In this document: positions 33,001 to 48,361 of the stretch, piece after piece
How the letters are laid out: every line of letters starts with the position of its first letter
Numbering within the stretch: position 1 is the stretch's first letter
DNA from: the human T2T-CHM13v2.0 reference genome, Homo sapiens
Assembly: GCF_009914755.1 (NCBI RefSeq)
Contig: NC_060937.1
Reading direction: 5' to 3' (one strand)
Length of the DNA: 64,000 nt
Notes under the pieces: generated by a model
Databases searched by the model: none
Told to the model about the DNA's origin: nothing
The model's input: the letters and a program-made list of their open reading frames with translations, nothing else
Translations under genes and position numbers: made by a program

Positions 33001-33213
33001 ATCCCAGAAAACCTAACACACAGGTAAGCACAGAGAAAAAGACTGGAAGGGTACACCACAGTTGTTAGCTATAGAAATAGGAGTTGGATTAGGGATCAGG
33101 AAAGAGTTAAAAACAATGTTTGTATGTGTATTTTCAAGTATAAGCAAGTACAGCCTTTGTGATATAACAAACATAACAACACATGCAAGGCTTTGTTATG
33201 ATTGGTCCTGATT

Positions 33214-33325
33214 AGGACCATTCCTCCTGGGTGGACAGCTTTGATTTATGTCGGTTTTCCCTGCGTAATTTTTAATAGCACTTCCTTTCACTTGCAGAAG
33301 CTTCCCAGTTGGTGTCTGAAGTCAT
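33214..33325 (-). mobile_element. MER94-like hAT element
   Basis: taatttttaatagcacttcctttcact core resembles the recalled MER94 consensus. Confidence 0.4.
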
Positions 33326-33567
33326 TGGTGTTTTTAGAAATAGCAATTTCTGTATAGTGTTGGATCTGAAACTGTGTTAAAGTGGGTTAAAGAAGTGAGA
33401 ATTCTACCAGTGATTCTTAACCTCTATAACTACAACTGCCAACCAAGACAAAATAAAGTGCTTTTTATTTTCAGAGTTTCTGTTATAAAAACACTTTGCT
33501 TTTTTAAATATAAAGTTATAATTTCGAATGTAGTTTTTTTAAAGTCCCATATGTCTGGATATTTTGA

Positions 33568-33984
<417 letters not shown>

Positions 33985-35199
33985 CAGAAGGTTTTTTTAA
34001 AAAGAAGTTGAAGGAAGATGAGTATGATTAGAGGCAATCTTTAACCAAGGCATAGTTGTAGATTTATAAACAAAGAATCTGGTCATCTCAGAAAGGACTA
34101 CTTTAAGGACTACTGGATTCTGCAGACAAATCTACTTATAGGAAATAAAGAAATGTTACTTGATTTTATTATGATAAAATTATTTTGGAGGAATTAGTGA
34201 AGGAAACATGTTAATATGGTTAAGTTATAGTAATACAGTAGCTTTTACACAGGAACTCAAACTTTCTGTTGTGAATTTAGTTACCAATGTATTACTGTGG
34301 CCAGAAAATATTCAGAAACTACAGGTTTAATCTTCAGTCCAAAAATCACACCAATGGATTTGAAGTTCTACAAGAGCAAAGTTAACAATCTATAATATAA
34401 AAACTAAAGTTTTATATAATACTTCTAAAAAGGACAGTAAAATATTTGGAAGTGAAAATAGGATTGTCCCAGGTGTAGTTGCCTTTTGGCTCTAAAGGGT
34501 AGCCTATGTGCTCCAAAGACACTAGACAGCTAGAGCTATATGTGGAACTTAAGAAGATGTTACTTAAAAGAAAAACTGATCTATGTGCACACTATCAGTC
34601 CTTTAATGGACTGGGGTTCGTTTCTTGGAAGCAGTTCTTTCTCTCTTGTTTCCATAGTTTCCTGACTGGAAGTATCTTTTTGATCAAGATTTCCTTTGAA
34701 GTCTATTTTAACAGGATTTTCATGTCAGTATTAAGGTATAATTTCTTAGTGGGAGAATGGGGGCTGTATCTCCTAAATGTCTAATTAAATTTAAATTTAG
34801 TATATCTGACTAAGAAGGGTGAGGATGGTGGCTTGAATGCCCTCTTCCCTTTTAAACCTTTCTTCACTTAAGGGACATGAAAGAGTGAGGCTTATCCATC
34901 CGACCAACACTACTCTTTCCTTCTTTCCAGTGGATGTGGGATTGGAGAAGAATAAGATAAATAAGTTACAGTAAATTTGTTGCTAACAATCTGTGTAAAT
35001 TATTGATTTCTTTGTAAGTGTATGAACACTTTCATTAGGTTAAATTGTTGATATTTTAAAGTTTTTGACCTCAGTGGCAGTTTCATATGGTTTGACCTAT
35101 TGCATTATGAAACTATGGCTATAATCACTGCCCTGTATATAAAAATGTTATGGCACTTAAACAAAAATACATTATAACTTATTTAAATAGCATAAATTT

Positions 35200-35306
35200 G
35201 TGCGTGCTTTGGCAGCACATATACTAAAATTGGAACGATGCAGAGAAGATTAGCATGGCCCCTGTGCAAGGATGACACACAAATTCATGAAGCGTTCTGT
35301 ATTTTT
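35200..35306 (+). pseudogene. Full-length U6 snRNA retropseudogene (5' half of a U6/L1 chimera)
   Basis: gtgcgtgctttggcagcacatatactaaaattggaacgatgcagagaagattagcatggcccctg...tattttt matches U6 end to end with substitutions (ACAGAGA box reads GCAGAGA); no PSE/TATA cassette recognised upstream. Confidence 0.93.
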
Positions 35307-35620
35307 CAGACTCTAAACCAACAAAGATAAAAAAAGACAAAGAAGGGCATTACATAATAGTAAAGGGCTGAATGCAACAAGAAGAGCTAACTCTCATAAA
35401 TATGTATGTGCCCAATACAGGAGCACCCAGATTTATAAAGCAAGTTTTTAGAGACCTACAAAGAAGCTTAGACTCCCACACAGTAATAGTGGGAGACTTT
35501 TAACACCCCACTGTCAGTATTAGATCAACGAGACAGGAAATTAACAAGGATATTAAGGACTTGAACTCAGCTCTGGATCAAGTGGACTTAACAGACATCT
35601 ACAGAACTCTCCACCCCAAA
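35307..35620 (+). mobile_element. L1PA-type ORF2 endonuclease-region fragment fused to U6
   Basis: cagactctaaaccaacaaag...ggagcacccagatttataaagcaag...gacatctacagaactctccaccccaaa; agcataaatt is duplicated at 35189-35198 and 35620-35629. Confidence 0.88.
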
Positions 35621-35848
35621 GCATAAATTCATAAACAGTACATCACTGATGAAATGTCAACATCCAAGCCAAATTGGAATGTTCATGAATACACCTACTT
35701 TAGCAACAGGTAAAGCCAAAAATATTGTTACTGCAGATATGTATCATTATACATTAAAGGGTTAAACAACCTTCTCCAGAATCTAAATTGCATATGAGAA
35801 TGATAAAAGCCATAATATAGTAATTTATAATTTAAAAGCTTGTAGTAT

Positions 35849-36178
<330 letters not shown>

Positions 36179-37023
36179 TTAAAGCTATCAGACATGAAAA
36201 CCTTAAGTGTTCAGCAAAGTATGGATAAACATATACATTTAAGGAAACTACACAGGGCTGGAGAAAGAGCCAACTAAAAAGATTGTATATAGAACAGTAT
36301 CCAAGCTCACACAGGGCCAGAAGAAGTGCCTGTTTCCACTAGCTAGAACAGAAAGCCTCATAATTCACAAGGCATTCAGTAGAGTACTCTGGAGGGTTTT
36401 GCATTAGTAGTGGGGAAAAATTAATTACATATTAAATGCAGCTCTGTTCTTGCCTAATCCATCGTAAAAGCAAGTCCCAAAGAGTCAAACTTTGTCCGAG
36501 TCCCTTAGCCACATGTTATAACAAATCTCCAGATTATTTATGGAAATACAAAAATATCCAACAGCCAACAAGATAAAGTTAACAGTATCTTACATGCAGT
36601 TCAAATTACTGAGTCTGCAAAGAAGCAGGAAAATACAAACCATATTGAGAAAAATTAATCACTTGAAATTGGCCTTCAAATGATACTGATGATGATAGTC
36701 ATTAAAACAGTTATGACTGTTGGAGAAGCTAACAAAAAGATTGAACATGTTAAATAGAGATACTGTCTGATTAAAATTACGTGTCAAAGACATACTACAT
36801 TAATGGCATGTTAGACTTTGTCAAAGAAAAGATAAGTGTACATGAAGATACAACAATAGAAACTATCCAAAATGAAGCACAGAAGAAAATAGAATTTGGA
36901 GACAATAACTGAAAAAGTATTTGAAGAAATAATGGCTATTTTCCAAAATAGATATAAACTATAAACCAATAAGCACAATAAGCATAAGAAAGATGAATAA
37001 AACTCTGCTAAAACACATCATAA

Positions 37024-37338
<315 letters not shown>

Positions 37339-37758
37339 CATAAAGGAAATCTTAAAAGCAGCCAAAGAAAAACAGAACAAAGATAAGGGTGACATCAGAT
37401 CTGTCATTAGAAGCAATGTAAGCTAGAAGACAATGAAGCAATATCTTTAAAACATTTTTTTGCAAAAACTGTCAACCTGGGACTTTTTACCCAAACTGTC
37501 TTTCAAAATAAAGGCAAAATAAAGATTTCAAATATACAAAAGCTGAAATAATTTATCACTTTCATTTATGAACTAAAAGACATGTTAAATAGAGTCCTTC
37601 AAGCAGAAGGAAAATTAAACCACATGGAAACTTGGCCACAAGGAGTTTAGAGTACTGGAAGTGGTAACTATCTGGGCAAATATATAGGATTTAAAAAAAA
37701 TTATTATTTGAATATCTTTAAAAGACAAATGACTGTTTAATATAAAAATGATGACAGT

Positions 37759-38050
37759 TGCCAGGTGTGGTGGCTCGTGCCTGTAATCCCAGCACTTTCG
37801 GAGGCCAAGGCAGGCAGATTGCTTCAGCCCAGGAGTTTGAGACCAGCCTGGGCAACATGGTGAAATCCTGTCTCTCCAAAAAAAAAAAAAAAAAAAAAAA
37901 AAATTAGCCAGGCATGGTGGTGCATGCTTGTAGTCACAGCCGCTCGGAAGGCTAAGTTGGGAGGATCGCTTGAACCCAGGAGGCGGAGATTGCAGTGAGC
38001 TGAGATCACACCACTGCATTCTAGCCTGGGCAATAGAGACCCTGCCCTCC
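37759..38050 (+). mobile_element. AluJ with expanded middle A-tract
   Basis: A26 linker between monomers. Confidence 0.88.
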
Positions 38051-38694
38051 CCTAAAAAATGACAACATGAGGTTTAAAACATGTAAAAGTAAAATATACA
38101 ATAATAGCAAAAATCCCAGAGAAATTGCAGATTTATTGTTGTAAGGTTCTGATACATATTCCTGAAGTAGTGTATTACTTGAAGGTATACAGTAATAAGT
38201 AAAACATGTGTATTGTAAATTTTAAAGAAACCACTCAAGTAACAAAGAGTTGTAGCCTATAAATCAACAAGAGAGAGGGGATGGTATAATAGGAAATAAT
38301 TCAAAATGAAGCAGATGAAGAGGGAAAAGGGGACAAAGAACATTTGAAACAAATAGCAAGATGGTGATGTAAATCCAGTCGTATCAACAATCACATTACA
38401 TATAAATGGCCTAAACACCACAATTAAAAGTCAGGGATTGTTGGATACAATTTTTTAAAATTAAGACCCAAATATTTCACATCTACAAGAAATCCACTTT
38501 AAGTGAGTTAAAAGGATGGAAAAAGATATGCCATGCTTACACTATCCAAAAGAAAACTGAAATCAGTAAGTTAAACCAGAAGTTAGGTTACAGAACAAAG
38601 AATTCTTACCAGAGATAAAGAGGATTATTTCATACTAGTAAAGGGATTAATTAAGAGGGCATGCAATTATAAATATGCATCTAGTATAGGAACT

Positions 38695-39408
<714 letters not shown>

Positions 39409-40055
39409 TATACAAATAATGCAATTTTAGCAGAGATTTCAATACCCCTCTCAATGGAAAGTAGAAAGAATGTAAAGCCTAAAACTATGAAATTTCTTAA
39501 AACAGGAGAAAATCTCTGTGACCTTGCATTAGGTGATTTCTTAAGTATAGCATTGAAAGCACCATTCATAAAATGACAAATCGATAAATTGTACTTTATC
39601 ATAATTTAAAACTTCAAAAGACATTGGTAAGAGAATATAAAAACAAGCCACAGACTGGGAGAAAAATATTTGTAAATCACTTATCTGGTAAAGGACTGCT
39701 ATCTAGAATATATAAAGCACTATCAAAACTAAATAATAAGAAAACAGTCTAGTAACTAAATGGACAAAATAATCCAACAAATAGTCAACCAAAAATATAC
39801 CTGGATGGCAGATAAGCACATGAAAACAACATCATTGTTCATGGAAATGCAAAGTCTCCAGTTTACAAATGGTTAGTAGGAAAATTTGAGAGATGACGGG
39901 TAAGTTCATTATCTTGATTATGGTAACAGTTTCACAGGTGTATTTATGTGTCAAAATTTATCAAATTGTACACTTTTAAACATGTGCAATTTGATATATG
40001 TCAGTTATACCTCAGTAAAGCTATTTCAAAAATCAAGAGTAGTTGACACATTGTA

Positions 40056-40164
40056 TTAGGTTGGTGCAAAAGTAACTGGTTTTTGCCATTGCTTTCAATT
40101 AAAAGTACCATTTGTACCATTAAAAGTAATGGCAAAAACCACAATTACTTTTGCACCAACCAAG
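40056..40164. mobile_element. MADE1 (Hsmar1 MITE) with internal expansion
   Basis: ta|ttaggttggtgcaaaagtaa...ttacttttgcaccaaccaag|ta; 109 bp versus the ~80-bp canonical element. Confidence 0.92.
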
Positions 40165-40539
40165 TAGTTATAACAACTACTTGATGCGTGTTTGTTTAAT
40201 ACATTTAACTCATTACTCTGCCATTTCCCAGGAGTATTTGAAAGTTTCAACTTTGTTTAATCTACAGGAAATAGCAACTTCAATCTAAGGATAGTATATC
40301 ATACTCTCCTAGTATATTGATTTGACCATAATATCCAAAGGCAATTAAAAATTCTTCATTAAACTTGATTCCTCTACGAATACTTTCTTATCCTTAGATC
40401 AGTATTTTTATCTGTTTCTCGTTGAAGGATAATGTATTCACATCTGGGATGAGGCTTTCCAGAATGAGGTATACACCTTACATTGTTATCAACTTTACAT
40501 CCTTATTATCAGTTAGTACTTAATGTAAAAACTTACTTA

Positions 40540-40725
40540 GTCTTAGAGTTGTATGGCCCAGAGACTAGCAGCATCAGCCTAACCTGGGAACTTATTAGAG
40601 ATGTGATTTACTGGGCCCCACCACACACCTGTTGAGTCAGAAACTCTGTATGTGTGGCCCAGGAATCTGTTTTAATAATCCCTGCAGGTCATTCTGATAC
40701 ATACCAGGATTTGAAAGCTGTGATC
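40540..40725. mobile_element. MER5A element
   Basis: cagcatcagcctaacctgggaacttattagag...tcagaaactctg...gcccaggaatctgttttaa. Confidence 0.65.
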
Positions 40726-41787
40726 TTAGAGCAACAATAGGACTTTAGATTCTTAGATACTTATAGTAGTTTCATTTTTAAAAATCTCATATGATAGCAC
40801 ACTTAAGATTTGTACATTTCTGGTAAAAGGAATTTGACAAAAAAATTTTTAATGAAGATGTGTACATTTTACCATACATGAACTTTTTTTTAAGGAACTA
40901 AAAATTTTGAATGCTAGTAACACATGCAAAAGTGTTTAGGGGTGAAGTATACTGATGTCTGCTGCTTTGAAGTGCATTTAAAAAAGATCGCTAGAGGAAT
41001 ACATGCAATTAAATCCTGTCAATTTTAGAACCTAGGTGGCAAGTATATGGGTGTTTGCTGTTCAGTTATTTCAGCTTTTCTGTGGGTTAAAAAAATCCTC
41101 ATAATATAAAATCCTTCCATGACTCCTTTTTAAATTTTTGATCAAGAGAGTGAAATGTGCCCAGAATGTGCTCTTAGGCAAAATAATGGTAGATAGTAAT
41201 GAAGTTTTAGTATCTTAACAGCAATTATGAATAAAGATATAGAAAACTGTGTTTCACTAGAGTGATATTACATTTGTTAATCTTAGAAATTGACTATTTG
41301 AGATTTTTCTAATCAAATTAAAATGGAAAGTGTAATCTTGCTAATGTTCTTTAAATTACCTCTATTGATTGTCTCTTCATATATCCAGATGAAAAGATCA
41401 TCAGCTATATATGATCTAGTTAAAGTCACTTTTAAGGACTGATATAAATTATTGATTTTTTCAAAAATAAAAAAGTAGACCAATGTGGTCTTCAGAAATA
41501 AAAAAAATTACTTGCTTTTAAAACATTATTAAAGGCTTGACAGTCAAATGGATGGTACTTAGATTAAAAGAGGTTTTTAAAGACATGGCAAATAGTAGTG
41601 TGCACATCTGATACAAATCCTGATTCAAACAAGTTTTAATAAAAACAAGACAATGCAAAATTTGAACACTGACTACATATTTGATGATTTAAGGAATTAT
41701 TGAAGTGTATGTATGGTAATGGTTTTGTAATTATGTTTTAAAAAGGAGTTCCTGTCTTTCAGAGATACATACTGAAATATTTGCTGT

Positions 41788-42205
<418 letters not shown>

Positions 42206-42397
42206 TCATTATACTATTATGTTTACATTGGTGTATGTTTGAAGTTTTCCACAATAAAAGGTTTTAAGAAAGATGTAGGTTAAATTTAACTCTTACATCA
42301 TGATCTGAGAATGAAATCATCACTTATTGTGGTGTTTCAGTGAGAAAATATTTTCCAATTATATCTGACTTTAAAACAACTAATAATAATATTAATA

Positions 42398-42497
42398 AGG
42401 TCTCTATGTTGCCCAGGCTGGTCTCAAACTCCTGGACTCAGGTGGTCCTCCTGCTTCAGCTTCTTAAAGTGCTGAGATTACAGTCGTGAGCCACTGT
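42398..42497 (-). mobile_element. Alu left-monomer fragment (FLAM-like)
   Basis: ggtctctatgttgcccaggctggtctcaaactcctggactc...gagccactg. Confidence 0.75.
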
Positions 42498-43633
42498 AAG
42501 AGTGAAAGGCCTTTTTATTTATTTCTTTTTTAATATTTTCAGATATATCTGACTTCTAACAAAATACTGTAAGGGAGCCTATTTCTTGATTGAGGACTGC
42601 CTTTTTTTTTTTTCTTTTAGCATAACAATCTTAGTTGTAGCCTTTTTGTGTACCAAATCTTGTACTGTTTTATACTTCCAGTATCCAAAGATATGAAAAA
42701 AGTGAGCATGGGGAGAGAAAGAAAAGCAAGGAACTAGATTAAGCATAAATCTTTTGAATTATAAAAAGCTGTCTTTTTTTAAATTTAATATCAGTCACTG
42801 AAAATGATTAATAGCACTGTCTTCTTACCATCCTCCTCCCTTCTCACTTTCTCTACCAATATACATTTCTATTATAAATATAGAAGATAACAAGATTGCT
42901 TATTATGTCTTCATAAAATTTCACATTAACATATGGACATTTAAGGTGAACTGAAATAATGCATGTAATTATATTTTTAAGAGCCATTTTTCTGCAGTAC
43001 AGTTGACATCAAAGAGGGTAATTCAAAGAATTAGTTTTGGCAAAAATATAAAATAAGCTAATATCCTGTTCTTATTGTTAAATACAGTCTATGAAATATT
43101 TGTTTTTGGTTTCTGATAAGAAATGATAGGATAGTTTTGCAGAGTGATTCCCATGAGTTTCATCTCAGGAAATTCCACCACAGGTGATTTCAAATACCTT
43201 ATTTTTAGTCTAATATAGTCAAGTTTAGAAGATGAAAAATCCAAACGTTAAAAATGAAGTAGAAGTCTAAATTGGAAAAGTACATTTTAGGATATCAGTT
43301 CATGAGATAAATTAGTATTTTGGATAAAGTCCAAGTTGTGGCAGAACTTATTTAAATTCTCCTGAAAGGGTACTTAGATGGTTGAGAAGCCAAATATGTG
43401 TAGTTGCCTATGGCTCTTCAAGACTATTAACTTTTAAATCAAAATTTTGATGGTGGTATAAACCATATCCATATTATAAAAAAAAACTTGAGAAATAGAA
43501 ACAGTTACATAATCTCACCATCTTGATACAGTTGCTACTGTAATTCTAATATTTTTACCTAACATTTTGTTCATGTGTATGTTTAAAAATACTCCTAAAT
43601 TCTAGAGTTAAATGACTAAAACTCTTTGGAGTA

Positions 43634-43970
43634 CAGTCAGCCTTCCATTTTTGGGGGTTTCACATCCATGGAGTCAATCAACCGTGGATCAAAAATATTT
43701 GGGAAAAAATGGATTGTTGCATCTGTACTAAATATGTACAGAGCTTTTCTTTTTCATTATTCCCTAAACAATACAGTGTCACTAATTACGTAGCATTTAT
43801 ATTGTATTAGGTATTATAAGTCATACAGAGATGATTTAAAGTATACAGGAGAATGTGCATAGGTTATATGCAAATACTACAACATTTATATAAGGAGCTT
43901 AAGGTTTTGTGGATTTTGGCATCTTTGGGGATCCTGGAATCAATCCCCTGTAGAAACCAAGGAACAACTG
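43634..43970. mobile_element. MER2 (TcMar-Tigger) MITE
   Basis: ta|cagtcagccttcc...ggattttggcatctttggggatcctggaatcaatcccc...caactg. Confidence 0.75.
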
Positions 43971-44054
43971 CATATGATAGTCTTGTGGTTTCAGATATGG
44001 CTCTGGAGACATACAGTTTTTAGTTTGAATTGGACACATCAAAAAACCACATCA

Positions 44055-44503
<449 letters not shown>

Positions 44504-44709
44504 TCAAACCCCAGACCAAGCTTATTCTCATGAGCTATCTACCTTAGTTTCTAGGTCTAAGCTGTTGTCATCATATAGATAACAAATCTGGGTGGAATTA
44601 ACGGATATGAATAATAAGGTTAAGGAAGAAAACTAGCAGAATACATGTATAAGGAAACAAGAACAGATTCAGAATTGTGTCAGCGGCTGAGTGAGAAAGC
44701 ACCTGATAG

Positions 44710-47292
44710 TGTTATGGACTGAATGTTTGTATACCCCTCAAAATTCATACATTGAGCCCTAACCACCAATGTGACAGTATGTGGAGCTGGGGCCTTTGGA
44801 GATAATTTGGCTTAGAGGAGAGCATGAGCATGGGGTCCCCATGATCAGATTAGTGTCCTTAGAAGAAGAAGAGACTTGAGCTTGCATGCTCTCTGCCTTG
44901 AGGACAAAAGGAGAAGGTAGCCATCTGAGAGCCAGAAAGAGGGTTCTTACCAAAAAGCCAACCATGCTAGCACCCTGATCTTGGACATCTTGGCCTCCGT
45001 AACTGTTAAAAATTATGTCTGTTGTTTAAAGCAACCAGACTATGTTATTTTGCTGTAGTAGCCTAAGTTCAGTAAGACGGTAATTGGTGCTAAGAAATGG
45101 GTGACTGCTATAACAAGTACCTAAAAATGTGGGAGTAGCTTTGGAACTGTGTAATGAGTAGAGGCTGGAAAAGTTTTGAGGTGTGTGCATTAAAAAAAAA
45201 AAAAATGCTGAGATTGCTGCAACCAGACTGCTAGGGGCAATTCCAGTGAGGGCTCACAGAGAAAAAAGGAGAGCTGGAGAGAAAGCCTCCATCTTCAAGG
45301 AGGACACATAAATAATCATGAACAGAATGTCATTTGAAAACATGGGTGATAGGCCATTCTGATGAGGTCTCAGATGGAAATGAGGAGCATGATTTGGACA
45401 ATGGAGAAAAGGCAATCCTTGTAATAAAGTGGCAAAGAATTTGACTGAATTATGCTCATGTTCCAGTGTTTTCTAGAAGGCAGAACTTGTGAACTGTTAA
45501 ATTGGGTGTTTAGGTAAAGAGATTTCTAAGCCAAGTGTTGAAGGAGCAGTTTGTTTTCTCTTCACTGCTTATTCAGGTTGAGCATCCCTAAATTAAAAAT
45601 CCGAAATATAAAAAGCTCAAAAATCTGAAACTTTCTGAGCTTTGGCATGATGCTACAAGTGGAAAATTCCATCATGTGATGGGTTGCAGTTAAAACAGTC
45701 AAAACTTTGTCTCATGCACAAAATTATTTAAAATACTATGTAAAATTACCTTCTGGCTATGTAAGATGTATGTAAAACATAAATGAATTTCGTGTTTAGA
45801 CTTGAGTTTCATCCCTAAGATATTTCATTATGAGTAAGCAAATATTCCAAAATCTGAAAAAAATGTGAAATCTTAAACACTTTTGGTCCCAAGCATTTTG
45901 GATAAGGGATACTCAACCTGTAGTAAAATGTAAGAAGAGAGAAATGAATTGAAGAAAGAGAAATGAATTGAAGCAAAAAGGCACCAGAACTTAAAGATCT
46001 GGAAAATTCTCAGCATGTCCATATTACAGAAATGAGAAAGAACATTTGGAAGAGAACATCAAAGGGGTGGCTGGCTGACCGTTTGCTAAGAAGATTAGCA
46101 TGGGTGTAAACCATGGACCTAATAGCCATCTCAACCGAAGCCAGGAATAGAGACTGAATTATATTAGAAACACTGCCAGCTGAGATTAAAGGAAATAGAG
46201 AACATGGGATAGAATGAAGGAAGACTGTGAACATGCATGATCATTTCAGAAAAGGGAGAAGGACTCCAAAGGCAATTCAGAGGTCATCAGGGCTGCTACG
46301 CCCACTACAGATCCAAAGTGCATGGGCCCAAAGGGCAAGGCTGCTTCCACCTCAGCTTTAAAGGGCAGGACTGCCCCACAGCAGAGCCTCATGGGAAGGT
46401 CCCTGTGAGAGTGCTGCATGGTCAGGGCTCCACCAAGCAGAAGGGACAGGTCACCTCACTGAGCCATGGGAGTGATGCTGCCATTTCAGTATCTGGAAGG
46501 CAGGACCATCACCCCAGTGGATATGGAAAGCAGAGCATTGAATCAAAGATGATGATTCTCAAGCCTTAAGATCTAACAGTATTTGCCTTGGTAGGTTTTG
46601 GACTTGCTTGGGACATGTCACCCCTTTCTTTAATCTGATTTCTACCTTTTGGAGTGGGAATGTCTGTCCTGTGCCTGTCCCACGATTGTCTTTTGCAAAT
46701 ACATAACATATCTGGTTTCACAAAAGCTGGAAAGGAATTTTGCCTCAGGATGAATTGTACCTCTACCTTCACCCATATCTGATTTAGATGATACTTAGAT
46801 GAGACCTTGGACTTTAGAGTTGATATTTCTGTGAGTTAAGACTTTGGGGGCTGTTGGGATAGAATGAAAATGACATGAATTTTGGAAGGTCAGGGGCCGA
46901 ATATTATAGACTGAATATTAGTGTCTCTCCGGAATTCATATATTGAACCCCTAACCCCCAAAATGATAGTATTAAGAGGTGGAGACTTTGGGAGATAGTT
47001 ACTGAAAATAGTTAGACTTAGATGAGGTAATGAGGGTGGAGCTCCCATGATGTGATTAGTGTTCATATATAAGAAGAGTAAGAGACACAGAGCATCCTCT
47101 CTCCCTCATGTGAGGCAACAGCAAGAAGATAGCCATCTGAAAGCCAGGAAGAGAGGATCCTTACCAAGAACCAAATTTGCCAGCATCTGGATCTTAAACT
47201 TCCCAGCCTCCAGAAGTGTGACAAATAAATGTCTGTTGTTTCAGTTACACACTTTTGTGGTTTTTTTTAAAATAGCAGACCAAGCTAAGACA
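44710..47292 (+). mobile_element. MaLR provirus (MLT1A/MSTD-like): LTR 44710-45079, internal region, LTR 46902-47292
   Basis: Two homologous LTRs (tgttatggactgaat...taagac and tattatagactgaat...ctaagaca) flank MaLR-int sequence. Confidence 0.8.
45574..45920 (-). mobile_element. Tigger4/MER46-type MITE nested in the MaLR internal region
   Basis: TIRs caggttgagcatccct / agggatactcaacctg, followed by TA. Confidence 0.8.
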
Positions 47293-48256
47293 ATTTGTAA
47301 ATGTTTTCTTCCATTCCATAGATTACCTCTTTACTCTGTTGATTGTGTTTTCTGATGCACAAAAGTTTCTAAGTTTGATTAAGTCCCATTTGTCTGTTTT
47401 TGCCTTTGTTATGTGTGTTTTTGCTGTCATATCCAAGAAATAATTGCCAAATCTAAAATCATGAAGCTTTTCCCCATGTTTTCTTCTAGAAGTTCTACAG
47501 TTTGGTTCTTACATTTGGATCTTTAATCCATTTTGAGTTAATTTTTGTATATAGTGTAAGATAATCCAAATTCATTATTTTGCATGTGGCTATCCAGTTT
47601 TTCATACATCATTTGTTGAAGAGACTGTCCTTTCCTCATTGAATGATCTTGGCACTCTCGTTGAAGATTATTTGGTCATATATGCTAAAGACTTATTTCT
47701 AGGCTCTCTATTCTATTTCACTAGTCTGTTGTCTTCCTTTATGCCAGTACCACACTGTTTTGATTCCTGTGGCTTTGTAATATGCTTTGAAATCAGGAAG
47801 TGTGAGTCCTTCAACTTTGTTTTCTTTCAAAATTGCTTTGACTATTTGGGATCCCCTGAGATACTAGAATTTTAGAATGGATTTTTCTTTTCCTGCAAAA
47901 TAAGCTATTGGTATTTTGATAGGGATTGCATTGAATCTGCAGATTGCTTTGGATAGTATGGACATTTTAACAATATGAAATCTTTCACTTTGTGAACCTG
48001 GGGTGTTTCTGCATTTATTTGTGTTTTTAATTTCTTTCAGCAGTGTTTTGTAGTTTTCAGTGTATGGCTTTCACCTCCTTGATTAGGTTTATTCCTAAGT
48101 ACTTTATTCTTTTGGTTGCTATTGTAAATGGAATTTTTTTATTTCTTTTTCAAATTTTCATTGTTATATATAGAAACAATGAATTTTTATGTATTGATTT
48201 TGTATTCTGCAACTTTGCTGAATTCACTTATTAGTTCTAACAGGTTTTGTGTGTTT

Positions 48257-48276
48257 GTGTGTGTGTGTGTGTGTGT
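48257..48276 (+). repeat. (TG)n microsatellite
   Basis: ~10 TG units. Confidence 0.85.
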
Positions 48277-48361
48277 AATCTTTAGGGTTTTCTACCTATA
48301 AGATTATATTGTCTGTGAACAGAGGTAATTTTATTTCTTCCTGTCCAGTTTAGATGCCTTT

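Noticed and set aside
35200-35306. Functional U6 snRNA gene
   Set aside because: Multiple substitutions including the ACAGAGA box, fusion to L1, a flanking TSD and no recognisable external Pol III promoter.
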